64,000 nt of DNA from NCBI GenBank assembly GCA_963741205.1, contig CAVUHW010000013.1, positions 1 to 64,000 of the forward strand. Direction: 5' to 3'. A model generated the notes under the pieces. It ran no database searches and had not been told where the DNA came from. It worked only from the letters and a program-made list of their open reading frames with translations. Source of the DNA: Nitrospirota bacterium (GTDB lineage Bacteria > Nitrospirota > UBA9217). Below, piece by piece: positions 1 to 9,848 of the stretch; position 1 is the first letter of the stretch; the number at the start of each line of letters is the position of its first letter. A program made the translations under genes and the position numbers.

Positions 1-43
1 TACGATACTTTAACGAGTTAGAGACTTCCGCTGACCAATGCCA

Positions 44-68
44 CAAGACCTGCGAGGGTCAGGTCTTG
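44..68. repeat. Short hairpin CAAGACCTG-N7-CAGGTCTTG, REP-like
   Basis: Perfect 9-bp inverted repeat at 44-52/60-68, followed by GGGGACGTTCCCC near 90-102. Confidence 0.55.
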
Positions 69-112
69 CGACTTGATATTCAATTTAAGCGGGGACGTTC
101 CCCATCATTATC

Positions 113-670
113 GTGCAGAGACCTGTTGCCTATACGCGGTTGCTTATTGCCATGGCCGGGCTGCCCGGCACCGGCAAGAGCGCCATTGCTGCGGAACTTG
201 AAAAGCGCCTTCACGCGCTTCTGCTGAACAAGGACGAAATTCGCGCGCAATTATTTCCCCGGGAGACCATCAATTTTTCCCGCGAGCAGGATGATCTCTG
301 CATGGAGGTCATCTTTGTCATGGCAAAATACCTGCTGAAAACTAATCCGGAACAAACCATTATTATCGACGGCAGAACGTTTTCCCGGTCTTACCAGATC
401 GAGCATTTGCTGTCGCGGGCCGAACTATTAAAAGTGAAACCTGTCATCATTGAGTGCATCTGTGATGATACCGTTGCCAAACAAAGGCTTGAGAATGATT
501 TGCGCGCGGGCGCGCATCCGGCAGGAAACAGAACATACAAGCTCTATCAGGAACTGAAAGAAAAAGCGGAGCCGATTCGCGCCGAGCATCTGGTTATTGA
601 TACGGGAAGGGAACCTCTGGAAAAATCTCTTGAACGCTGCATGGTATATTTGGAAAAACAAGGGGTATGA
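113..670 (+). CDS. P-loop kinase / AAA_33-like ATPase
   Basis: Walker A GLPGTGKS near the N-terminus, IIIDG Walker-B-like motif, nucleotide-kinase size. Confidence 0.8.
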   Translation: MQRPVAYTRLLIAMAGLPGTGKSAIAAELEKRLHALLLNKDEIRAQLFPRETINFSREQDDLCMEVIFVMAKYLLKTNPEQTIIIDGRTFSRSYQIEHLLSRAELLKVKPVIIECICDDTVAKQRLENDLRAGAHPAGNRTYKLYQELKEKAEPIRAEHLVIDTGREPLEKSLERCMVYLEKQGV

Positions 671-886
671 CGGCCGGGTACACGTGGGGGCGGTTCTTCC
701 ATCCGTTGCGTAGCCGTTTCCGAGCTGGGACAACTTTTTGGGACGCTGTTTCTCAGAATGCTTTCTCCTCAGCACTTTCATCTAAGCAATAGAGGATGAC
801 GTTTTTGCTCCCGTAGCATTGAGGTAAGGCAATAAATTGCGGACGATCGTATGAACCGCAGTCTTCGGCGATTGCAGTTACCCCGT

Positions 887-1717
887 TCACCCGTCCCTGA
901 CTAGCCTGCTCAACGCATCAAGGTCCACTGATGTAGGATGGAACGCGCCCATCCATCGCATGCAGCGGTTTGCATTGAGGGGGATCCCCACCACGGGGAT
1001 GTCCAGGCCGATGCACAGCCGCATGCCACGGACAAGCTCCGGGATGCAGGCCACGCCCAGCACACCGATGCTACTTTCCTGAATACGCAGTTTCCTGAGC
1101 AGCGGTTTAAGGCTCGCGTTCATCAACAGGTAGGGCTCGACCCGGGCCTCTCGAAGGAGCGTACTCACGCGATTGACATAGCAGTCCTTCGAGCACCCCT
1201 TGCAAATATAGTCGAGTTCACCGGGGCCGGAGCGGCAGTTCGCGCTCAAATCGCGGAGACAATAGGGAAGGAAGGCTATTTTGCGCCCGGCGTTCCTGAA
1301 CGCTTCTCCCCAGGCCCGGTTGGCAAGCTCGATCAGGAGCATGTACAGGTGATACTGCTCCTCGGAGGTGAAGAGCGTGCCGTCCCACCGCTTGAGGAGC
1401 GAGAGCTCTTTTAGATGCGTATTGACCAGGGCGGTATGGGGAGCGAGGACGTCCCGCGCCGTTGTTACGACGAGATGGATGAGGTCGCTCTTTAATGGTG
1501 CGGATACGCGGAGCTGTTTTTTCAGGAACCGCTTTTTACTGCTTGCCTGCTCCAGGGTACTGATGAGTTCGAGGATATCAGGCTTGAGTTCCAGCAGACG
1601 ATCTGCAAGCGTACTGATCTTCCGATAATATTCTGCAGTCGAGGGCTCGCTCCCGAACAGGGAATAGGTCTTCCCGGCGACATTGATCATTGATCCCGTC
1701 TTTTCTTTCGTGGCCAC
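887..1717 (-). CDS. DUF116-like Cys-rich protein
   Basis: FLPYCLR..C..CxxCxxxC and GVACxxEL motifs, which I recognise from DUF116. Confidence 0.7.
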   Translation of the reverse strand: MATKEKTGSMINVAGKTYSLFGSEPSTAEYYRKISTLADRLLELKPDILELISTLEQASSKKRFLKKQLRVSAPLKSDLIHLVVTTARDVLAPHTALVNTHLKELSLLKRWDGTLFTSEEQYHLYMLLIELANRAWGEAFRNAGRKIAFLPYCLRDLSANCRSGPGELDYICKGCSKDCYVNRVSTLLREARVEPYLLMNASLKPLLRKLRIQESSIGVLGVACIPELVRGMRLCIGLDIPVVGIPLNANRCMRWMGAFHPTSVDLDALSRLVRDG

Positions 1718-1893
1718 GGCTCATTATCCCTCTTTTCAGCGCATTATGCTACGGCTGCATGGGATCACGAGAGGCCCCTGACTTATCCATTGCGATTTAT
1801 GTCCCTTGCCTTGACATCCTTCCTCTGCGCGATATCTTTATAATGAAGCGTCATTTGTATCCTGAATGCAAAACGGAGAGCGGGGGAAACGCC

Positions 1894-2202
1894 ATGTTGA
1901 TCCTGAGAATATCCCGGGGGTCCTTTAAACCCGAAGACTACGGGAGAATCAAAGCGCGTCTCGATGAGTCTCAACAAACGCTCGTGCCCGCCATAAGGAA
2001 GCTGAGCGGCTGCATGCATTACTGGGCCGGCATCGATGGGGCAACTGCCACGATGGTCAACGTCAGCGTGTGGAAGTCGCCGGCAGACGCAAAGCAGATG
2101 GAAACGCTTGCCCCCATGCTGGCATTGGCAGGCGAGTTCGTCAAACTGGGCGTCGTCTTTGAGCGTCCGATCGCCAACTATGAAACCCTGTGGCAGATCT
2201 AG
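1894..2202 (+). CDS. Small ABM/Dabb-like hypothetical protein (102 aa)
   Basis: ATG at 1894 after a purine-rich GGAGAG/GGGGG tract; NVSVW..A pattern resembles antibiotic biosynthesis monooxygenase folds. Confidence 0.55.
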   Translation: MLILRISRGSFKPEDYGRIKARLDESQQTLVPAIRKLSGCMHYWAGIDGATATMVNVSVWKSPADAKQMETLAPMLALAGEFVKLGVVFERPIANYETLWQI

Positions 2203-2252
2203 GCGCGGTGAGTCCATACTGAAAACCATCTCTTTACCGAAAGGAGAACAAC

Positions 2253-2891
2253 ATGAAAGTCGGAGTCATTGGATCGGGTGATGTGGCGAAGGTGCTGGGA
2301 AGCGGGCTTCTGAAACACGGTCATGACGTCATGATGGGTACACGTGAGCCCGGCAAGCTATCCGACTGGGCGAAGCAGAACCCCAAGGGCAAAACCGGCA
2401 GCTTTGCGGATGCGGCGAAGTTCGGCGAACTGGTTGTGCTGGCGGTCAAGGGCACGGCTGCAGCCGAGGCCCTTCGCGCGGCCGGCGCAACGAACCTCGC
2501 GGGCAAGGCCGTTATGGACGTGACGAACCCCATTGCGGACGCGCCGCCGACGAATGGAGTTCTGAAGTTCTTCACCAGCCTCGACGAATCCCTCATGGAG
2601 CGCCTGCAGCGCGAGTTTGGGGCCGCGCGTTTTGTCAAAGCATTCAATTCCGTGGGCAATGCATGCTTCGTGAATCCGCAGTTCAAGGGCGGCAAGCCGA
2701 CCATGTTCCTGTGCGGCAACGATGATGCGGCGAAGAAAACCGTGATCAGTATCGTCGATCAGTTCGGCTGGGAAGCGGCGGACATGGGCAAGGCAGAGGC
2801 TGCACGCGCGATCGAGCCGTTATGCATGCTCTGGTGCATCCCCGGCTTCCTCCGGAACGACTGGGTCCATGCTTTTAAACTGTTGACATAG
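2253..2891 (+). CDS. NADPH-dependent F420 reductase-like oxidoreductase (F420_oxidored family)
   Basis: GxGxxA Rossmann motif, DVTNP and VKAFN motifs; AAGGAG RBS. Confidence 0.88.
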   Translation: MKVGVIGSGDVAKVLGSGLLKHGHDVMMGTREPGKLSDWAKQNPKGKTGSFADAAKFGELVVLAVKGTAAAEALRAAGATNLAGKAVMDVTNPIADAPPTNGVLKFFTSLDESLMERLQREFGAARFVKAFNSVGNACFVNPQFKGGKPTMFLCGNDDAAKKTVISIVDQFGWEAADMGKAEAARAIEPLCMLWCIPGFLRNDWVHAFKLLT

Positions 2892-2924
2892 GACTGAGAC
2901 GAGGACAACTCAGGGAACGTTGTT

Positions 2925-3035
2925 ATGATCGTTGTAACCGGAGCCACCGGGCATTTGGGACGTTTGGTGATCGCGGCACTGCTTAAAAAAGTGCCTGCAT
3001 CGGACATCGTCGCTGCCGTACGTAACAAAGGTTGA
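2925..3035 (+). pseudogene. 36-codon 5' remnant of an NmrA/QorB(YtfG)-like NAD(P)H oxidoreductase
   Basis: Translates to MIVVTGATGHLGRLVIAALLKKVPASDIVAAVRNKG*, a Rossmann TGATGxxG start; the rest of the gene is absent. Confidence 0.8.
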
Positions 3036-3046
3036 GGAGAAACGCT

Positions 3047-3940
3047 ATGTCGACGAGCAGACAAAAAATCACGCCGCATTTATGGTTCGACAAAGAAGCC
3101 AAAGAGGCGGCGGCATTCTACACCTCCATCTTCGAGGACTCTAAGATCAGGAACGTGACAACGCTTCATAACACGCCTTCGGGCGACGCGGATATTGTCA
3201 CCATTGAGCTGATGGGACAGGAATTTGCGCTTATCAGCGCAGGCCCGTACTTTAAATTCACTCCGGCTGTATCCTTCCTTGTCGCCTGCAGCACGAAGGA
3301 CGAGGTCGCCCGGTTATGGAGGGAACTCTCGAAAGGGGGAACGGCGCTCATGGAGCTCGGAGAATATCCGTTCAGCGAAAAATACGGATGGATTCAGGAC
3401 AGATACGGGCTTTCGTGGCAAGTAATGTTCGTGGGCGGCCGTGAGGTCAGACAAAATATCACCCCGACGCTCATGTTTGTGGGTGATAAGTGCGGGAAGG
3501 CGGAAGAGGCGATCAACTTTTACGCGTCAGTTTTCCACAAGGCAAAAGTCGGCGATATCCTCCGCTACGGCAAAGGTGATGCACCCGATAGAGAAGGAAC
3601 AGTAAAGCACGCCGCCTTCACGCTTGAAGGGCAGGATTTTGCAGCCATGGACAGCGCCCGTGGGCACAACTTTACGTTCAACGAAGCGATTTCGTTCATA
3701 GTGCACTGCGATACCCAGGAGGAAATAGACTACTTCTGGGGAAAGCTCTCCGCAGACCCAAAGGCGGAACAGTGCGGCTGGCTGAAAGACAAGTACGGCC
3801 TCTCATGGCAGATTGTTCCCACCATCATGGACGATATGCTCAAGGTAAAAGACGAGAAGAAGATCGCGAGAGTGACTGAAGCGTTTCTCAAAATGAAGAA
3901 GTTTGATATTGCGAAATTAACAAAAGCGTACGAGGGTTAG
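3047..3940 (+). CDS. VOC family protein with tandem PhnB-like (3-dmu-9_3-mt) domains
   Basis: Two repeats of ITPxLxF...AxxFYxSxF...GWxxDxYGLSWQ. Confidence 0.9.
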   Translation: MSTSRQKITPHLWFDKEAKEAAAFYTSIFEDSKIRNVTTLHNTPSGDADIVTIELMGQEFALISAGPYFKFTPAVSFLVACSTKDEVARLWRELSKGGTALMELGEYPFSEKYGWIQDRYGLSWQVMFVGGREVRQNITPTLMFVGDKCGKAEEAINFYASVFHKAKVGDILRYGKGDAPDREGTVKHAAFTLEGQDFAAMDSARGHNFTFNEAISFIVHCDTQEEIDYFWGKLSADPKAEQCGWLKDKYGLSWQIVPTIMDDMLKVKDEKKIARVTEAFLKMKKFDIAKLTKAYEG

Positions 3941-3959
3941 CGAAAGTATAGAAGAGGGA

Positions 3960-4089
3960 ACCCGAAGGGGACGCTGTAGCGCTCCTTGCATTGAGGGAAG
4001 GCAGGGGACGTTGTTTCTAAGGTTGCTTTCCTTCCTACTGAACAACATGACTACAGAAGGCATAGATAGACACAATGTCCCCTTTGGGT
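3960..4089. repeat. ~130-bp MITE/REPIN-like element with GGGGAC-containing ends
   Basis: 18-bp imperfect inverted repeat at 3960-3977/4072-4089 (15/18 match), with an internal GGGGACGTTG copy. Confidence 0.5.
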
Positions 4090-4179
4090 CGCAATTATAA
4101 TAAGGTTCGTCTATAATCAAAGTTATGCGAAAGGGGCGCCGCAGGGCGCAGCCATCCGCGGCATCGCAAAGGAGGGTCT

Positions 4180-5142
4180 ATGAAAAAACTGATATTGCTG
4201 CTGCCTCTGATTCTGATTCAGGCTGGTTGTGGTTTCTTCGCCGTCACTTTCGCGCCTAACAAAAAAGCCGTCCATTCCAGTTCCGAGAAAGCGGCTGCGG
4301 CGAACAAACAGTTTATGAGCGCACTGCACGCAGGCCAATATGAAGAGATTCCGCGTATTTTAACAGACCTTCAGGCCGCGTACCTTGAAAATCCGAACGA
4401 TCCCGAACTCGCCTCGCACATTGCATTTGCCCACATCTGGCAACTCGCGGAGAGATATCGAAGTGACCACATTTCTCCCGTGATTACCGATAACATCGTG
4501 CTATGCCGCAGATATTTCGATGAAGCTTACCGACTCGATCCAAACCCCTTGACGCTGGGACTCCTCGGCAGTTGTACGGCCGCAGAAGGAAATCTGTTCA
4601 AGGATGAGAAGCTCCGGAGAAAAGGCTACTTCCTCCTTAAGGACGGCGTTGCAGCCTGGCCTGAATTGAACTACTTCACCATGGGCTTTGTAATGAGCTC
4701 GCTTCCCCATGACTCTCCCCGCTACGCCGAAGCAGTCGAGCTGCAGTGGAAAAATCTCGAGGCTTGCACTGGTGAAACCATCAATCGGGCAGAACCAATA
4801 TTTGAACGATATGTGAAGCTTCAGACCGCGACCGGTCCCAAACGTGCTTGCTGGAACAGTTCTATCGCCCCGCACAATGATGAAGGCTTCTTCCTCAATA
4901 TGGGAGACATGCTTGTGAAATCCGGAGACTGGAGAACAGCCCGAATTGTCTATGCAAATGCAAAATATTTCGAAACCTACAAAGACTGGCCGTTCAAGGA
5001 CATCCTTGAGGATCGAATCAAAAACGCGGAACGCAACGTTGCCGAGTTTAGGCGGGAATTGCCCAAGGGCGGAGCTGCGCCCGACCACCCGATCATCATG
5101 TTCAATTCACGCTTCGCTTGCGTGGCTTGTCATCAGAACTGA
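4180..5142 (+). CDS. Putative lipoprotein, helical/TPR-like, with a C-terminal CxxCH motif
   Basis: MKK + hydrophobic stretch + QAGC lipobox-like site; ends ...FACVACHQN*; GGAGG RBS. Confidence 0.75.
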   Translation: MKKLILLLPLILIQAGCGFFAVTFAPNKKAVHSSSEKAAAANKQFMSALHAGQYEEIPRILTDLQAAYLENPNDPELASHIAFAHIWQLAERYRSDHISPVITDNIVLCRRYFDEAYRLDPNPLTLGLLGSCTAAEGNLFKDEKLRRKGYFLLKDGVAAWPELNYFTMGFVMSSLPHDSPRYAEAVELQWKNLEACTGETINRAEPIFERYVKLQTATGPKRACWNSSIAPHNDEGFFLNMGDMLVKSGDWRTARIVYANAKYFETYKDWPFKDILEDRIKNAERNVAEFRRELPKGGAAPDHPIIMFNSRFACVACHQN

Positions 5143-5150
5143 ATCGACGA

Positions 5151-5187
5151 AAAAAAGGCCGGAGAGGCATTCTCTCCGGCCTTTAAA
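5151..5187. terminator. Probable bidirectional intrinsic terminator
   Basis: AAGGCCGGAGAG-GCATT-CTCTCCGGCCTT stem with A/T flanks between convergent genes. Confidence 0.75.
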
Positions 5188-5219
5188 GTTGTGGGCTGTG
5201 AAGCGTTGCCCAATTCACC

Positions 5220-5768
5220 CTATGCTGCTTTGCGAGCGGCGGCTATCTTTCGTGTAACCGTCATCTCCATCATCTTCTCTTCCTTACCGCCCTTGGGGGT
5301 GATAAACATCTCAAACTCCTGGGTATTGTCGTCCTTGATCCTGGTCACACTGCGCCAGACGCAGGGGCCTTTAACCGGGTCGTCGTAGCTGCATTCCTGC
5401 GTAATGGTCTTGCCATCCGCGCTTGCCTTGCCCACGAAATAGTAGATGGCCGTGCTCATTGAGTCGAGCCAGACCGACTCATACTTCTTGGTATGGTTAT
5501 TGTACCCCAGGAGGTTGATGCCGGTGAATGGCGCTCCCATCATATCGCCGGTATAGATCTGCTGAAGGTAATGGCCGCCAAGGATCAGCTTTTGCTCGCA
5601 CGTGCCAATCGATTCCATAGCCGGCTTGCCTTCCTCCCAGCCCCTGGACCTGGTGGTCCAGCTTCCCTCCAGTTTCGCCAGCAGTTTATGAGCATCGCCC
5701 GGAGTTCCCACCTTCTTGTATATTTCCATGATCTCCTGCATGTCCATTTTGTTTTCTTGCTTGGCCAT
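5220..5768 (-). CDS. DUF1579 family protein
   Basis: TPGxAHKLLAKLEGSW, ILGGHYL and WLDSMST motifs. Confidence 0.85.
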   Translation of the reverse strand: MAKQENKMDMQEIMEIYKKVGTPGDAHKLLAKLEGSWTTRSRGWEEGKPAMESIGTCEQKLILGGHYLQQIYTGDMMGAPFTGINLLGYNNHTKKYESVWLDSMSTAIYYFVGKASADGKTITQECSYDDPVKGPCVWRSVTRIKDDNTQEFEMFITPKGGKEEKMMEMTVTRKIAAARKAA

Positions 5769-6137
5769 GGTAATTCTCCTTTTTTAGGAAACTGTGAAAT
5801 TTCATCCAACAGTTTAAGGAAAGCGCAACTTTATACTGATGTCAATATGATAAAAGTATTACGAGAGGTGCTGGGGAGGGGTAATGGAGACGCCTGATGC
5901 AGTGTACCATAAACTAAAAAGTAATAGACAGGTCAAGCTTTTAGCGGACACCGGGACAGAGCGGGGATAAGAGAAGGCCTTCCGGCGCTTCCTGATTAAA
6001 ATCATCGAGAGAGTTTCAGTCCGCTCGGTTGCTTTTCTCATGACGCGGTGCTTTAATGATAGTAGCATCCCCGGTGCAACAACGTGCACATGAAGGCGTT
6101 CCCGATCGAGAAATACTTGTGGTCTGGTGGAACGATC

Positions 6138-7637
6138 ATGAATAACGGAGTGGCGAAAAAGTCCCGTAAGGTTTTGCTCAAACGCTATACCTGGGGCCTT
6201 GCTGCGGGGTGGACCCTTATAGCTTGTGCCCTCATCGCGCTCGATGCACGGCAGGAATGGCACCAGGCCACGGCAACGGCATTGGGCGAGGCTGAGAGCA
6301 TTATCCAACGGGATGTCATCTTCCGGCACTGGAACGCCAAATACGGGCCGATCTATGCCGAGGTGGAGAAGGGCATTCCCCCAAACCCCTATCTTGGCGA
6401 TTCTCCCGGCCGTGACGTGACGACAACAACCGGGAAAGTGCTCACTCAGGTTAATCCCGCCTATATGACCCGTCTTATCTTTGAGCTTGCTGCGGAAGAA
6501 TACGGCGTAAAAGGACATATCACCAGTCTCCGCCCTGTACGGCCGGAAAACCGGCCCGACCCCTGGGAAGCGGTATCGCTTCGGGCTTTTGAAAAAGGCC
6601 GGGAAGAAGAAAGCGCTGTGGAGCTGATAAACGGGGTGTCCTATCTGCGGCTGATGAAGCCGCTCATCACGAAGCAGGAATGCCTGGGCTGTCACCAGAA
6701 GCAGGGCTACCGGGTCGGCGATATCAGGGGCGGCATCAGCGTTTCCGTGCTCATGGAGCCCCTGCGCCGGATCGCCCGACAAAATATTATTGTAAACAGC
6801 CTGAGCATCGCTTTTCTCTGGATGGGGGGCCTCGGCAGTATCCTGTTCGGCTCCGGACGGCTGCGACAGGCCATTGTGCAGCGCGACAAGGCTGAACAAG
6901 AGGTTGTCATGCTCAATCGGAACCTTCTTTCCCGGACGGACGAACTCGAAGCAGCCAACAGGGAGCTGGAGACGTTCGCCGCGTCGGTTTCCCACGATCT
7001 CCGCTCCCCCCTCGCGACAATCGGCGGCTTTAACCACCTGATCGCGGAACTACCCGAGGAAAAGCTCCGGGAGAAACGCGCGAAATATACTGGCATTATC
7101 TCGCTCGAAGCGGTGCGGATGGAAAAACTCATCAAGGCGCTGATCGAATTTTCCCGGCTGTCGAAAACCGGTCTTACTCGGGAGCTTGTGAGCTTGAGCC
7201 GCCTGGCCGATGAAATAGCCGCAGGGCTGAAGCACTCGGCCCCGGACCGCGCGGTTACGTTCAAAATTGAAGACGGCGTGGATGTAATGGGCGACGCGGT
7301 CCTTCTCCGGGCCGCGATGCAAAACCTTCTTTCCAACGCCTGGAAATTCACGGGCAGGCAAAAGGAAGCGCTGATCGAGTTCGGCGCCATGGGACGGAAC
7401 AGCGAAAAGATCTTTTTCGTGCGGGACAACGGCGCGGGCTTTGAGAACGAACAGGCAGACAGAGTGTTCGAGGCCTTCCATCGCCTCCACAGCGACAAGG
7501 AGTTCCAGGGAACGGGCATCGGCCTGGCCACGGTAAAAAGGATCATCACCCGCCACGGCGGCAGGGTCTGGGCCGAAGGCGAAAAGGGCAAAGGCGCCGC
7601 GTTCTATTTTACCGTTCCGGGCTCGCCGGAATCGTGA
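6138..7637 (+). CDS. Membrane sensor histidine kinase with a DUF3365 (Tll0287-like) c-type heme domain
   Basis: Two TM segments flank SLRPVRPENRPDPWE...CLGCH..GDIRGGISV; SHDLRSPL H-box; N/G boxes. Start codon uncertain (6084-6138). Confidence 0.88.
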   Translation: MNNGVAKKSRKVLLKRYTWGLAAGWTLIACALIALDARQEWHQATATALGEAESIIQRDVIFRHWNAKYGPIYAEVEKGIPPNPYLGDSPGRDVTTTTGKVLTQVNPAYMTRLIFELAAEEYGVKGHITSLRPVRPENRPDPWEAVSLRAFEKGREEESAVELINGVSYLRLMKPLITKQECLGCHQKQGYRVGDIRGGISVSVLMEPLRRIARQNIIVNSLSIAFLWMGGLGSILFGSGRLRQAIVQRDKAEQEVVMLNRNLLSRTDELEAANRELETFAASVSHDLRSPLATIGGFNHLIAELPEEKLREKRAKYTGIISLEAVRMEKLIKALIEFSRLSKTGLTRELVSLSRLADEIAAGLKHSAPDRAVTFKIEDGVDVMGDAVLLRAAMQNLLSNAWKFTGRQKEALIEFGAMGRNSEKIFFVRDNGAGFENEQADRVFEAFHRLHSDKEFQGTGIGLATVKRIITRHGGRVWAEGEKGKGAAFYFTVPGSPES

Positions 7638-9497
7638 AAAAGAATGTAGACCCCGTTCCGGGAACCGATTCGATCCAGATGCGGCCATCGTGCCGCTCCA
7701 CGATACGTTTGCAGACAGCAAGCCCTATGCCGGCCCCGGCATATTGCTCGTGCGAATGAAGCCTCTGGAAGATCTGGAATATCCGGTCATAATTTTTCGA
7801 ATCAATGCCTATGCCGTTATCCCGAACCGAGAAGATATAGCGGCTTCCTTCTCGTGCCGAAGAGACATGTACCTGCGGCGGTGTCCGGGGTTTCCGGTAC
7901 TTGACGGCGTTAGCGATGAGATTTTGAAATAATTGGAGAAGCTGGGTTTCATCGCCCAGAACGATGGGCAGATCCTCCTTGGTGACCACGGCCTGGCATT
8001 CGTGAATGGAAGCGGAAAGATTGGTAACGGCCAGAGAGAATATAGTGTTGGAATCAACCGGACCAAATTGCGCGGCGCCCCGGGCTATGCGTGAATACGC
8101 GAGCAGGCCTTCGATGAGCTTCTCCATCCGTTCGACTCCCTCAACGGCAAACCCGATGTATTTATCCGCCTTCTCATCCAATTGCCCCTTGTACTTCTTC
8201 TCCAGACGCTGGACGTACGTCGACACCATTCGCAGCGGTTCCTTAAGGTCGTGAGAAGCGACATAGGCGAACTGTTCGAGGTCCTTATTGGAGCGCGCGA
8301 TATCCGAAAGCAGCAGCTCCCGCTCCTCTTCCGCCCGCTTGCGCTCGGTGATGTCTCTTGAGACATGAACCACCTGTATCAACCTTCCCGTTCTCGTCCT
8401 TTATGGGCGAGGTCGAGACCTCTACGAACTTCTTGTCTCCCTGGCTGCCGTAATGTACATGATCCGCTGCACAGTGCTCTCCCGTCCTTACGGTCTCTGC
8501 AAGCGGGCATATGTCGTCCGGGGAGGGCGCAGACATCGGGCCGTCGATGGGTTATCTCGTAGCAGTGTTTTCCCACTATCTCCGTCTCGTCGGAATACCC
8601 GTATTCCCTCAGGAAAGCATTGTTTACCCCGATGATTCTGAAATTGCGGACGTCGAGGAGCGAAATCGCGTCGTGCATGCTGTCGATGACGGTCTTCGTG
8701 AGCTCATAGGAACGTCTGAGCGAAATTTCCGCCTTATTGCGTTCAAGAAGGGAAGTTTTCAGAGCGGCGACCGTCTGCAGATGCCGATGAATCAATAAGC
8801 CCAGAACCAGCAGCGAGCCGATGAGCCGCAATACATGCCAGTACCACCAGGCATCCGACCACAGCATCGCGTATTGAAACGTCAAACCTGAAAGACCGAA
8901 GAACATCCCGATCAGGCTGAACAGCTGATCTTCGAGGGCATTTGAATGATGCAGGGCGATCATGATGCGCGCAGCGCCGGCAACGAAGAGCAAGCCGGCG
9001 AGGAGGTTGAGGGTAACGGCAGAAATGGTGAACCGGGTCCCGTGCAGCATCGCGGGCAATGCCGCAGGAAAAAGAAAGGCGACCACGCATACGATGAGCG
9101 AGACTGTTATGACGGACCAGAGCAGCCACGTTCTGTCAAAGAGGGCCTTGTACCGCGCAGGCAGCCAGACCATGCCGAACCCGAGCCCGCCCGCCAAACT
9201 TCCCGCCGCCCTCAGGAAGACAAACTGATTTCCCGTACTTGAAGCCGCATGTGCCGCGTTCAGAATGCCCATTGCAAGAAATCCCAGGGCAAGCAAAGCG
9301 CTGTTACCGGCAGCCTCGCCTTCCTTCCAGTCGAGCAGGAAGAGCGCCAAAAGAATTACCGAAATCGATTCTACGGCTTCCGTGGTGCTGTGAAGGGATT
9401 CATTTACCAATGCTCGATCCGGCTGCAGAACAAACCAGAATCCCAAAGCAACCGCGGAAATTGTTGCGGCAAAAATTGTAAATAGTTTATTGTTCAT
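7609..9497 (-). CDS. Multi-TM (MASE3-like) PAS sensor histidine kinase, frameshifted near 8380 and 8510
   Basis: Three ORF pieces join into ~8 TM + PAS (GKHCYEITH...CP) + ASHDLKEPL H-box + HATPase. Confidence 0.85.
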
Positions 9498-9637
9498 TGT
9501 CCTATGGCAACCGCTGAGTAATTCGGGCAGTATAATTCGCCGGGAAGCGTAGATATCAACCCATCGGGATGAGGTCTATGTTCATGTCCTCTTAAATAGA
9601 ATGACACGCAAGAGAGAGGCAAAGGCAATTATTAATG

Positions 9638-9783
9638 GTCTCAAAATAGTATCCACATAAATTCATATGCAAAAAGTACGTCATCCCCGAATGCCTTTAT
9701 CGGGGATCCATTTTGACGTGAAGAAAGTGGATTCCCGCTCAGATCACTGCGGGAATGACATAATGTCGTTATTATTTTGAGAC
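9638..9783. repeat. CGTC-type REP doublet (core 9680-9759) with outer inverted repeats
   Basis: GTCATCCCCGA..TCGGGGATCCA - spacer - TGGATTCCCGC..GCGGGAATGAC, flanked by GTCTCAAAATA/TATTTTGAGAC. Confidence 0.85.
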
Positions 9784-9848
9784 TGTAAATAGGTATCCCG
9801 GACCGTGGTGACTTTTCATAAAATCGCGCCGCAGTGAACCTAAGAAGC

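Noticed and set aside
1811-1844. Perfect TTGACA/TATAAT promoter
   Set aside because: The spacing is 22 nt; only the weaker TATCTT at 16 nt fits, so I did not call it.
5859-7037. Long antisense ORFs (also 24780-25949, 27200-28948, 38248-39927, 52095-53276)
   Set aside because: Shadow ORFs opposite well-supported genes, as expected from high GC at third codon positions.
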